From NCBI RefSeq assembly GCF_000011805.1, contig NC_006841.2: a stretch of DNA of 32,000 nucleotides; one strand, 5' to 3'. The number at the start of each line of letters is the position of its first letter. Within the stretch, counting starts at the first letter, position 1. Below are positions 9,325 to 17,699 of this stretch, in pieces. The position numbers and the translations under genes were made by a program. Origin of the DNA: Aliivibrio fischeri ES114 (lineage in GTDB: Bacteria; Pseudomonadota; Gammaproteobacteria; Enterobacterales; Vibrionaceae). The notes below the pieces were generated by a model. It did not search any database and was not told the origin of the DNA. It saw only the letters and a list, made by a program, of their open reading frames with translations.

Positions 9325-10494
9325 ATGTACCGTATATCACAACTTGCAGAGTTAGTGGGGTTATCAAGAACGACCTTACTCTATTACGAAAAATTGGGTT
9401 TGATAAAAGGCGAACGTTTAAATAATGGTTACCGTCAATACAGTGAGAAAGATGCGCAACGATTGGTGCTATTACAAAACCTTCAAGCGGGTGGATTAAC
9501 GCTTAAAGAGTGCCAAGCTTGTCTTGATGCCAAAGTGAACCGTGAGGTTTTAGTTGAGCGTTTAGAGCAATTAGATCAAGAGATTGAGCAAAAACAAAAT
9601 TCACGCCAGTTGCTTGCCGCTTTATTAGGAGAAAGCAGTTTAACAGACTGGCACGAGTCATTAGACCAACTAGCACCAGAAGCGCATATTGAGTGGTTAA
9701 TGAAACAAGGCTTTGATGAAAAGCAAGCAATGAGACTGAAATGGTTATCTAAAGATATGAACGAACATGAACGCTACATGCAAGATTTTGATTTGATTTT
9801 TAAAGAGTTAGAAAGATGGGGCCCAGGTTCTGAAAGTGACACATTAAAAGCATTACAGAAAGTACCTAATAAATCAATGACGCTACTTGAAATTGGTTGT
9901 GGGCAAGGTATTGCGACTGAGCTTTTTGCTCGACATACCGATGCGATGATTACCGCGGTTGATAACGAAGAATTTGCACTCAAGCATTTAATGGAAAAAA
10001 TGCAACAAAATGGTTTAGAAGATAAGATCACAACGGTGTGTGCAGATATGGCTAAAATGCCGTTTGAGACAAAGAGTTTTGATCTTATTTGGTCAGAAGG
10101 CAGTGCCTACATTATGGGCGTTCAAAATGCGTTAAAAGCATGGAAACCATTATTAAGTGAAGATGGTGTTCTTGTGGTAAGCGATTTAGTTTGGAGTACG
10201 GATAAACCAAGCGAGGGTGCCTTGTCTTTTTGGAAAAAAGAGTACCCAGATATGGTGTCAGTTTCAGAGCGAATTAAGCATGCACAACAAGCTGGTTATG
10301 AGGTTATTGAACATTTTTCTCTTAGTGATGCCGCATGGGAAGCGTATTACCATCCCTTAATCGAGCGATTAGATACATTAAAAGATAAATTAATAGATTC
10401 TCCAGTATTAATTGATTTTGAGAATGAAATAACCGCTTTTAAACAGCGAGCAAATGAGTTCGATTATGAGATTTTTATACTAAGGTCTCGTTAA
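9325..10494 (+). CDS. MerR-family transcriptional regulator fused to a class I SAM-dependent methyltransferase domain
   Basis: The N-terminus has a MerR HTH (MYRISQLAELVGLSRTTLLYYEKLGLI), a wing and a coiled-coil dimerisation helix. A CxxC pair is present (C63, C66). The C-terminal half has methyltransferase motif I LLEIGCGQGIAT and post-I/II/III motifs (AVDNEE, FDLIWSEGSAY, GVLVVSD). SD aggag. Confidence 0.9.
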   Translation: MYRISQLAELVGLSRTTLLYYEKLGLIKGERLNNGYRQYSEKDAQRLVLLQNLQAGGLTLKECQACLDAKVNREVLVERLEQLDQEIEQKQNSRQLLAALLGESSLTDWHESLDQLAPEAHIEWLMKQGFDEKQAMRLKWLSKDMNEHERYMQDFDLIFKELERWGPGSESDTLKALQKVPNKSMTLLEIGCGQGIATELFARHTDAMITAVDNEEFALKHLMEKMQQNGLEDKITTVCADMAKMPFETKSFDLIWSEGSAYIMGVQNALKAWKPLLSEDGVLVVSDLVWSTDKPSEGALSFWKKEYPDMVSVSERIKHAQQAGYEVIEHFSLSDAAWEAYYHPLIERLDTLKDKLIDSPVLIDFENEITAFKQRANEFDYEIFILRSR

Positions 10495-10569
10495 GAACAA
10501 AAACTACTGACCTATTTGTCATTTTACAGATTATGCTTTGAAAAACGATAAAACATATAAGGTTGTGGA

Positions 10570-11106
10570 ATGGATTACTCTCAATATCATGTTGAACAAA
10601 CTCAAGAAATTACGGAACTGGTTACTCGCACTTTTTCAAAATCAGAAGGGGTTGATGAAGGCACATTGATTGGTGCATTAATCAAAGATCTTTTTGCAAC
10701 AACAGACTCTGATGATATGTTTATTTTTGTTGCGAAAGATAACGGCAAAATTGTTGGAAGTATCTTTTTTACACGCTTAACATTTGAAATAGATACAACG
10801 GCATTTTTACTTTGCCCTGTTGTGATCGATACTGAATATCAAAATAAAGGTGTTGGTCAGACGCTTATTAATCATGGTCTTGAAGTTTTGAAACAAGAAG
10901 GTGTTGAGTTGGTATTTACTTATGGTGAGCCAAAGTTTTATGAAAGAGTTGGTTTTGAGATCGTAAGTGAAGAACAATTTAAGTCTCCAATTCCTTTGAG
11001 TTATTTGTATAGCTGGTTAGCTCAATCTTTAAATGATGAAGTATTAACTTATATTCCGGGGCGCTCAAAATGCGTTGCTGCTCTTAATAATTTGCGACTC
11101 TGGTAA
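10570..11106 (+). CDS. GNAT-family N-acetyltransferase
   Basis: 178 aa. Acetyl-CoA-binding motif A is QNKGVGQTLINHGLEVLKQEG, followed by ...FYERVGFE. Confidence 0.88.
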   Translation: MDYSQYHVEQTQEITELVTRTFSKSEGVDEGTLIGALIKDLFATTDSDDMFIFVAKDNGKIVGSIFFTRLTFEIDTTAFLLCPVVIDTEYQNKGVGQTLINHGLEVLKQEGVELVFTYGEPKFYERVGFEIVSEEQFKSPIPLSYLYSWLAQSLNDEVLTYIPGRSKCVAALNNLRLW

Positions 11107-11140
11107 CCGTTAATTATCGTTTCTTTAGTATATCGATAAA

Positions 11141-11183
11141 AAGGGATAATTGTACTTTGTAGTAAGTACGGTTATCCTTTTTT
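11141..11183 (+). terminator. Rho-independent terminator after the GNAT gene
   Basis: Compound hairpin: outer stem ggataa / ttatcc, inner stem gtactt / aagtac, followed by TTTTTT. Confidence 0.65.
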
Positions 11184-11302
11184 GCGTATATTTACCCATT
11201 CTATTCACCTTTCCAGTACGAATGTTTAGACAGGACGTATTTGATTTGGCATTCTCATTATTATAATAACACTAAGGCATACTCGCCTTTAAAAGGATAA
11301 TA

Positions 11303-12232
11303 ATGAAAATAGGAATCATCGGCTTAGGTGACATTGCGCAAAAAGCGTATTTGCCCGTCATTACTCAACTTCCGGGCATTCAACCGCTTTTTTGTACACG
11401 AAATCCTGACACGCTCATACAATTATCGTCAAAATATCGTATAGAAGGGACTTGCCAAGATTACCAGCAGCTTCTAAAAATGGGGGTGGATGCAGTGATG
11501 ATCCACGCTGCAACTCAAGTTCATTTTGATATTGCCTCTTTTTTTCTGAAAAATGGTATCCCAACCTTTGTTGATAAGCCTCTTGCTGATTCCGCACAAG
11601 AAGCGGAGTTGTTGTATACGATTGCAGAGCAATATAACACACCACTTTATGTTGGATTTAATCGCCGACATATTCCATTGTATAACCAATTTGTACCAGA
11701 GCTGGCGAACGGAACGGTAGGTAAATTGCGTTCATTACGTTGGGAAAAACATCGTCATGCTTTACCGGGTGATTTACGAACCTTTATCTTTGATGATTTC
11801 ATACACCCATTGGATAGCGTGAATCTAAACGCTCAGTCCACCATTGATGATGTTCATGTTATTCATCAAATGCAGGGAACACAGTTAGCAAGATTAGACG
11901 TTCAATGGCAAGTTGGAGAGACAATACTGCATGCCTCGATGGATCGTCATTTTGGAGTGACCACAGAGCGAGTTTCTGTTGGTTATGAAAATCAATCTTT
12001 TGAGTTTCCGTCGTTTGTTGAAGGCCGACAATGGAAAGATAGCACAGAGCAAAAGTTAGTGTTGAAAGATTGGACGCCAATGCTAACAAGTAAAGGGTTT
12101 GAAACTATGATTAAAGATTGGATTCGAGTGGTGGAAAAAGGCAAGTTATCAACCGCAACAGCGGATCGTAACCTTGCCAGTCACCAATTGGCGGAGGCTG
12201 TGTATCAGAAAATACACAACCAATTGAAATAA
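11303..12232 (+). CDS. Gfo/Idh/MocA-family NAD(P)-dependent oxidoreductase
   Basis: N-terminal Rossmann signature MKIGIIGLGDIAQKAYLPVI, then ...FVDKPLA... and a C-terminal alpha/beta dimerisation domain. SD aagga. Confidence 0.9.
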   Translation: MKIGIIGLGDIAQKAYLPVITQLPGIQPLFCTRNPDTLIQLSSKYRIEGTCQDYQQLLKMGVDAVMIHAATQVHFDIASFFLKNGIPTFVDKPLADSAQEAELLYTIAEQYNTPLYVGFNRRHIPLYNQFVPELANGTVGKLRSLRWEKHRHALPGDLRTFIFDDFIHPLDSVNLNAQSTIDDVHVIHQMQGTQLARLDVQWQVGETILHASMDRHFGVTTERVSVGYENQSFEFPSFVEGRQWKDSTEQKLVLKDWTPMLTSKGFETMIKDWIRVVEKGKLSTATADRNLASHQLAEAVYQKIHNQLK

Positions 12233-12235
12233 CAA

Positions 12236-13087
12236 TTATTTCAGCCTTCTTGATAGTTTAATATAAACAAATAAAGATAAAAATATGACCGCACCTCCAA
12301 TGAGTTTTTGAGGTGCGACAACTTCATGAAGTACGCTAATACTCAATACAAGCGTCCAAACCGGCTCCAATATCATGATGAGTGAAGCGGTTTCAATGTT
12401 AACTGAGAATTGTCCAAGAGTTTGTGCAAGGTATCGAATTGCGGTTGCTACAATAGTAGAAATTAAAAACCAAAAGACCGCATGTTGAGTGATTTCAAAA
12501 GAAGGATGGGAATTAAGCGAGGCATACAAGCACCCACTAAGGCCTACAACAAATAATTGAACACAAATGGATAAAAGTGGTGTGATTGCGCCAATGATGC
12601 GTTTATTAAGCACAAAATGCATGGAAAGTAATAATGCAGATAGCATAAAGCCAAGTTGACTGGCTTCTAATTTCCAACCATTTCCTAACGTCAGCAAAAT
12701 CATTCCAAGTATTGATATTGGTAGAGCAATCCAAAAGGCTTTATTGGGTTTATTGCGAAATAATATCCATGAAATGATAGGTGCAATGATCATCGCTAAA
12801 CTCATGATGAATGCGCCTTCAGCAAGTGATGTGGTGATGGATACGGCATACACCCAAACTTGCAGAGCAAAAGATAAAACCAACCCAACCCCACTCAAGG
12901 CTAAAATTTGTTTGCCAGTTAATGTGCGAAATTGTTTAAAACAAAAGGGTGCCAGCACAAAACTAGCCAGTAGAAATCGAGTTCCAATAAAAATATCACC
13001 GGGTATGGTCATCACGACCATTTTTGATGCTCCCCAGCCAATGGCAGCCAGAATGGTAGCAATAATTAAATAGATCATACCGCGCAT
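12236..13087 (-). CDS. EamA/DMT-family (drug/metabolite) transporter
   Basis: Ten predicted TM helices arranged as two EamA repeats. I prefer the start at MRGMIYLIIATIL (13087, SD aagag) over the longest-ORF start at 13135. Its stop lies only 3 nt from the stop of the convergent oxidoreductase gene. Confidence 0.85.
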   Translation of the reverse strand: MRGMIYLIIATILAAIGWGASKMVVMTIPGDIFIGTRFLLASFVLAPFCFKQFRTLTGKQILALSGVGLVLSFALQVWVYAVSITTSLAEGAFIMSLAMIIAPIISWILFRNKPNKAFWIALPISILGMILLTLGNGWKLEASQLGFMLSALLLSMHFVLNKRIIGAITPLLSICVQLFVVGLSGCLYASLNSHPSFEITQHAVFWFLISTIVATAIRYLAQTLGQFSVNIETASLIMILEPVWTLVLSISVLHEVVAPQKLIGGAVIFLSLFVYIKLSRRLK

Positions 13088-13140
13088 GATGTTATCTCTT
13101 GATAAAAATGACGATAATACCAGTGTTATCATCATTTATA

Positions 13141-13173
13141 AAAAATAACCCCACTCAAAAAAGCAGGGTTATG
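13141..13173 (-). terminator. Rho-independent terminator downstream of nemA (minus strand)
   Basis: On the minus strand, stem ataaccc / gggttat is followed by a T-run (the complement of the A-run at 13141-13145). Confidence 0.55.
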
Positions 13174-13198
13174 TGTAGTTGATTCATTTGTTTTAAAT

Positions 13199-14302
13199 TT
13201 AATGCGCTTCTTGGTATTCAGGGTAATCTACAAGCCCTTGTTGTGTACCACCAAATAGCGTATTTGGATCGTGCTCAGCTAATGGATAATCGTTTTTAAT
13301 ACGATTAGGCAAATCAGGATTCGCAATAAATGGGCGACCAAATCCAACTAGATCTGCAAGGTTGTCTGTCAGTGCTTGCGCCGCTTTGCCTGTATTATAA
13401 CGACCAGCATAAATAATCGTGCCTTGATAAGCCTCACGAATTGCTGTTTTAAATTCCTCAGGCGTCTCAGGGGCATTATCCCAGTCCACTTCTGCAATGT
13501 GCATATAAACCACGTTGTGTTTGTTTAATAATGCTGCTGCTGCTGTGTAGGTTTCTACTGGTGTTTTATCGACTGTGCCATTTAGAGAAGTAAATGGAGC
13601 AAGGCGAACACCAACACGGTCGTAACCAATGGCTTCGTTTACTGCTTCGACAACTTCGCCTAGAAAACGCAGACGATTTTCGATAGAACCACCGTATTCA
13701 TCGGTACGGTTGTTCGCTTCAGAGTCAATGAATTGATTAATTAAATAACCATTGGCTGCGTGAAGCTCAATACCATCAAAGCCTGCTTCAATCGCGTTTA
13801 ATGCCGCTTGGCGATATTCTGCGATAACATCGTTAATATCTTGCTGAGTCATTTCACGAGGCTCAACAACATCAACAAAACCTGGCGCATCAGTACCGTT
13901 ATCGATGAATACCTTTACGTTCTCTGCTTTAAGTGCAGAAGAAGAAATAGGTTGTTGACCACCAATGTTTTCAGGGTGAGTGACACGGCCTACATGCCAA
14001 AGCTGAGCGAAAATAGTACCGCCTTTAGCATGAACGGCATCAGTTACTTTTTTCCAACCAAGGATTTGTTCTTGAGAATAAATTCCCGGAGTCCATGCGT
14101 AACCTTGACCCATTTCTGAAATTTGAGTTCCCTCTGCGATAATAAGACCTGCACTTGCACGTTGAGCATAGTATTTGGCCATCATATCGTTCGCTACATT
14201 ACCCGGTTGGCTTGCACGAGAACGAGTCATAGGAGGCATAACGATACGGTTTTTTAGTGTCAGATTACCAAGTTGCATTGGTTGAAATAGTGCATTTTTC
14301 AT
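13199..14302 (-). CDS. nemA: N-ethylmaleimide reductase / Old Yellow Enzyme family NADH:flavin oxidoreductase
   Basis: MKNALFQPMQLGNLTLKNRIVMPPMTRSRA ... HAANGYLINQF ... GRPFIANPDLP, co-linear with NemA/OYE. The true start is the ATG at 14302; the track's first M is a TTG. SD gagga. Confidence 0.92.
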   Translation of the reverse strand: MKNALFQPMQLGNLTLKNRIVMPPMTRSRASQPGNVANDMMAKYYAQRASAGLIIAEGTQISEMGQGYAWTPGIYSQEQILGWKKVTDAVHAKGGTIFAQLWHVGRVTHPENIGGQQPISSSALKAENVKVFIDNGTDAPGFVDVVEPREMTQQDINDVIAEYRQAALNAIEAGFDGIELHAANGYLINQFIDSEANNRTDEYGGSIENRLRFLGEVVEAVNEAIGYDRVGVRLAPFTSLNGTVDKTPVETYTAAAALLNKHNVVYMHIAEVDWDNAPETPEEFKTAIREAYQGTIIYAGRYNTGKAAQALTDNLADLVGFGRPFIANPDLPNRIKNDYPLAEHDPNTLFGGTQQGLVDYPEYQEAH

Positions 14303-14314
14303 CAATAAATCCTC

Positions 14315-14694
14315 TTATTTGCTTAATTGAATAAGCTCAATTTGATAACCATCAGGATCTGTAATAAACGCAATACGCGTGTACCGCCTTTTACTGGCCC
14401 AGCTTCACGAGTCACGTTGCCACCTAGTGCTTTGATGTTATCGCAAGCTGCATAAATATCTTGGACACCTAAAGCTAAATGACCAAACGCATTACCCATG
14501 TCGTAATTATCGGTATCCCAGTTATACGTCAACTCGATACTTGTTCCGCCTTCTTCATAACCAACGAAAACGAGTGTGTAGCGATATTCACTGTTTTCGC
14601 TGTGATCGAGCACTTTCATCCCCAAAACCTTGGTATAAAATTCAATAGATTGTTTTAAGTCTGTCACTCTGATCATCGTATGTAGAAATTGCAT
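14315..14694 (-). pseudogene. gloA: Lactoylglutathione lyase (glyoxalase I) with an apparent 1-nt deletion near codon 102
   Basis: [29 protein letters not shown]...ELTYNWDTD...[14 protein letters not shown] matches GloA. The annotated frame then reads nonsense ([18 protein letters not shown], stop at 14323). The adjacent frame reads [21 protein letters not shown], the expected GloA C-terminus, with stop at 14315-14317. The shift lies at ggtacacgcgt, about 14378-14384. Confidence 0.75.
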
Positions 14695-15013
14695 GATTTC
14701 ACCTTGCCAGTGCTGATTGTTGTCGTTTGTATAATCTAACGATACGCAAGATGACTAAATTTATGAAATTATGATTTTTTATTAATTTAATAATTTTTTG
14801 TTATTGGTAGGGTATGTGACCCAGTTATGAAAATGCTATCAGATGTTATTTATTGATTAATCTGTAAATAATTCGTGCAATTTGCGAATTAAAATGACTG
14901 CTGATGATTCTCAATTTGAAAATCTAAAGTAATGTCATTTAATATCAATAAGTTAAAATTGGTACGGGCTATGCAATGTCTCATATACACATTAAGTATA
15001 ATGAGGGAACATT

Positions 15014-17158
15014 ATGAAATCTAAACACTCAATATCCTATCTTGCAACGTTAAGTATTGCCTTAGGGGTTAGTACACAATTGCAAGCGGCAGTTCCATTT
15101 GAGTCATGTCCTAGCCAAGCTTTTATGCTGCAAAATCCATCAGGTACTCCTATTGCGTATGGTATTAGTTTAGATGTTGGTAGTTATAGTACTTTATCTT
15201 GGGAAGTTGGCAGTGGGAAAATTAATGCTGTTGGCTACAGTGTTCATGATGACTTCATCTATGGGTGGGATTATGGTGCTCAATCTCTGACTAAGATCGG
15301 CTCAGATTTTATTTCAAATCCATTATCTGTTTCTAATTTAAATATTGGACCTACGTCGTTTTATGTTGGTGACGTTTCAACAAATGAAAGTGCATGGTAT
15401 GGATACCGGATTAATAATGGTCTATTTAAAATTGATATCGATACATTAACGATGAGTCAGGTTGCGACCTCGACAACCATTGGTAAGCTTCGAATTTTAG
15501 ATATGGCTTTCCATCCTGATGATGGGATTATTTATAGTGTAGATAACTATGGTTACCTCTATCAAATAGATCCAACTACAGGTGCAAGTACCCAGTTAAA
15601 TCAGGTAATAAGTAGTAGTGGCGTTGGGCACAGTTTATCGTTTGGTGCACAATATTTTGATGTTGACGGAACTCTTTATCTTAGTAATAACGGTAATGGT
15701 TATATTTATGCCGTTGATATTAACGGTATGAACTCAAGTTCAGAGTTTTTTGCTTATGGCCCATCAAGTAATTCCAATGATGGGGCACGTTGTGCCTTTG
15801 CCGCTGTAGGACAAAATGACAATAGTGATTACGGAGATGCTCCTGATTCCTATGGTACGTTATATGATTCGATGGGGGCTCGTCATGGCGTTTCTGATTT
15901 AAGACTAGGTGATGTTGTTGATGGTGAAAGTGACGCTTATGTATATCCACTTTCTGATGATGCATCAGATTCCAGTAACGATGATGATGGCATTTCTTTC
16001 CCTGTTCCAATCGAAATTCAAGAAACCAGTTTTATTTATGCCAATGTTAATGGCGCAGAAGGTGAGGGCGTATTAAGTGCATGGATTGATTGGGACCAAG
16101 ATGGGCAATTTAACGATGATGAAATCATACTAAATAGTGAATGGGTTGATGATGGACAAAATCAACTTTACTTTAATGTACCTAGCTGGGCGTTAGCTGG
16201 AACGACGTGGGCTCGTTTTCGTCTAAGTCGAACTTATGATCTTGGTCCTAATGGCGGGGTTAGTATGGGGGAAGTTGAGGATTATCAAGTTACCGTTACG
16301 GATCAAGGCGTCTCGGTAGAGCTTTATCCTTCAGGAGCAGCATACACTACGTTTGCTTATGAAGATCAATACCCTAAGGTTGGGGACTATGACATGAATG
16401 ATGTATTAATGAACGTCAAATACACAGAGTACAGTCATAGTAATAAAGTGATACAGCTAAGAATTGATGGTCAGGTCGCTGCTTTAGGTGGGACGTATCG
16501 TTCAGGGTTTGCAATTCGTTTACCGGGTATAAGCCCATCGAAAATAAAATCAGCCTCAGTTAAATTAATTATTGATGGTGAATTGCAAAATACTGAAGTC
16601 GTTGAAAGTGGTACTACAGACGCTGTATTGATTGTTCATGAGGATCTTTGGTCATTTACAGAATCAGGGGAGGAAGAAGGGTGTTATATGTTCCGTACTC
16701 AATTAGGTTGTGGTACTCAACATCGTCCTAGTTGGACGTTAATTATTCCTTTTGAACAACCAATCTCTCAATCTCAAATGCCTGATTTCCCTTATGATCC
16801 GTTTATCTTTGCTACACCGGGTTATTATCATGGTAATGATGGATTACTGGTAAGTGGAGGGCATCCAGGTAGAGGTTTAGAAGTTCATCTTAAAAATAAA
16901 ACGCCAACATCTAAGTTCAATTATGGATACATAGGCCGTAGTGACGATGCAACGAATACCGCTGCTGGAACTTACTTCCATACAAGTAATGGGTTGCCAT
17001 GGGCAATTGAGCTTCCACTTGATTGGAAGCACCCAATAGAATCGATCAGTATTCTTGATGCTTACCCTCAATTTGCCAATTTTGCTCAAGATGAAACTGG
17101 ACAAACAGCAACCGACTGGTATGTCACCCCGATTACTGGCAAGGCTTATACAGATTAA
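15014..17158 (+). CDS. Secreted multidomain protein: N-terminal DUF6923-like repeat region, acidic GEVED-type domain, C-terminal LruC domain
   Basis: Signal peptide ...STQLQA-AVPF. The first ~250 aa are repetitive and rich in G/Y/D (..INAVGYSVHDDFIYGWDY.., ..IYSVDNYGYLYQIDPTTG.., ..GNGYIYAVD..). The middle has DYGDAPDSYGT...HG...LGD..DGESDA...DDDGISFP...WARFRLS...GEVEDYQVTV. The C-terminus has AYEDQYPKVGDYDMNDVLMNVKY ... GLPWAIELPLDWKHPIESISILDAYPQFANFAQ...ATDWY, the LruC-domain signature as I remember it. Confidence 0.85.
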   Translation: MKSKHSISYLATLSIALGVSTQLQAAVPFESCPSQAFMLQNPSGTPIAYGISLDVGSYSTLSWEVGSGKINAVGYSVHDDFIYGWDYGAQSLTKIGSDFISNPLSVSNLNIGPTSFYVGDVSTNESAWYGYRINNGLFKIDIDTLTMSQVATSTTIGKLRILDMAFHPDDGIIYSVDNYGYLYQIDPTTGASTQLNQVISSSGVGHSLSFGAQYFDVDGTLYLSNNGNGYIYAVDINGMNSSSEFFAYGPSSNSNDGARCAFAAVGQNDNSDYGDAPDSYGTLYDSMGARHGVSDLRLGDVVDGESDAYVYPLSDDASDSSNDDDGISFPVPIEIQETSFIYANVNGAEGEGVLSAWIDWDQDGQFNDDEIILNSEWVDDGQNQLYFNVPSWALAGTTWARFRLSRTYDLGPNGGVSMGEVEDYQVTVTDQGVSVELYPSGAAYTTFAYEDQYPKVGDYDMNDVLMNVKYTEYSHSNKVIQLRIDGQVAALGGTYRSGFAIRLPGISPSKIKSASVKLIIDGELQNTEVVESGTTDAVLIVHEDLWSFTESGEEEGCYMFRTQLGCGTQHRPSWTLIIPFEQPISQSQMPDFPYDPFIFATPGYYHGNDGLLVSGGHPGRGLEVHLKNKTPTSKFNYGYIGRSDDATNTAAGTYFHTSNGLPWAIELPLDWKHPIESISILDAYPQFANFAQDETGQTATDWYVTPITGKAYTD

Positions 17159-17169
17159 GGAGAAATACT

Positions 17170-17643
17170 ATGAGTACTATCGTAAATAAAATGGGTCGCA
17201 TTTGTTTGATCCTTGGTCTTATGATTTTGATTGCGGCATGTAATAGTGATAGTTCTGGCTCGGGAGATTCAACCTACTCCGGAGGCTCTAGCTCGACGCC
17301 TTCTGTACAGTCGGTTATGGATTTAGAGATCAGCGCTGAAAATAACCTCGATTCAGTTTATTCAGTTGATGTTGATATTGATATTTCGAGCATTTCAACT
17401 AAACGCGCTTTCGTTTCTATTTGCAATAATAGCGATGCAAAAGGTGATCTTAGTAAGCTCGATTTTGATATGTGTTTTGTGAAAGGTAACTTAGAGCAAG
17501 GTATCGGAGAGTTTGACTTGCGAGTCGCAAATCATAATGACGAACTCATTACTATTATCTGGGTGATGGAAAAAGATAGGGAACCTTTAACCTATACTTT
17601 TTCTCATAATAAGCAAAAAGAGAGTTATTGGTTGATTAATTAA
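17170..17643 (+). CDS. Lipoprotein of unknown function, co-transcribed with the LruC-domain protein
   Basis: It starts 11 nt after the upstream stop, with SD aaggag. Lipobox LMILIAAC, with Asn at +2. A Ser/Gly-rich tether (NSDSSGSGDSTYSGGSSSTPS) is followed by a ~110-aa globular part. Confidence 0.8.
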   Translation: MSTIVNKMGRICLILGLMILIAACNSDSSGSGDSTYSGGSSSTPSVQSVMDLEISAENNLDSVYSVDVDIDISSISTKRAFVSICNNSDAKGDLSKLDFDMCFVKGNLEQGIGEFDLRVANHNDELITIIWVMEKDREPLTYTFSHNKQKESYWLIN

Positions 17644-17649
17644 AGAGAC

Positions 17650-17683
17650 AAAAATGCCGCAGTGTTATCTGCGGCATTTTTTA
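17650..17683. terminator. Bidirectional rho-independent terminator between convergent genes
   Basis: Perfect 9-bp stem atgccgcag / ctgcggcat with a 6-nt loop, flanked by an A-run before and TTTTT after. Confidence 0.85.
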
Positions 17684-17699
17684 ATTTATAACGTATGGA

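Noticed and set aside
14869-14889. Palindrome-like aattcgtgcaatttgcgaatt in the gloA / LruC divergent region, as a candidate operator.
   Set aside because: Only the outer 6 bp (aattcg / cgaatt) are truly complementary. In AT-rich DNA this is expected by chance, and I recognise no matching regulator.
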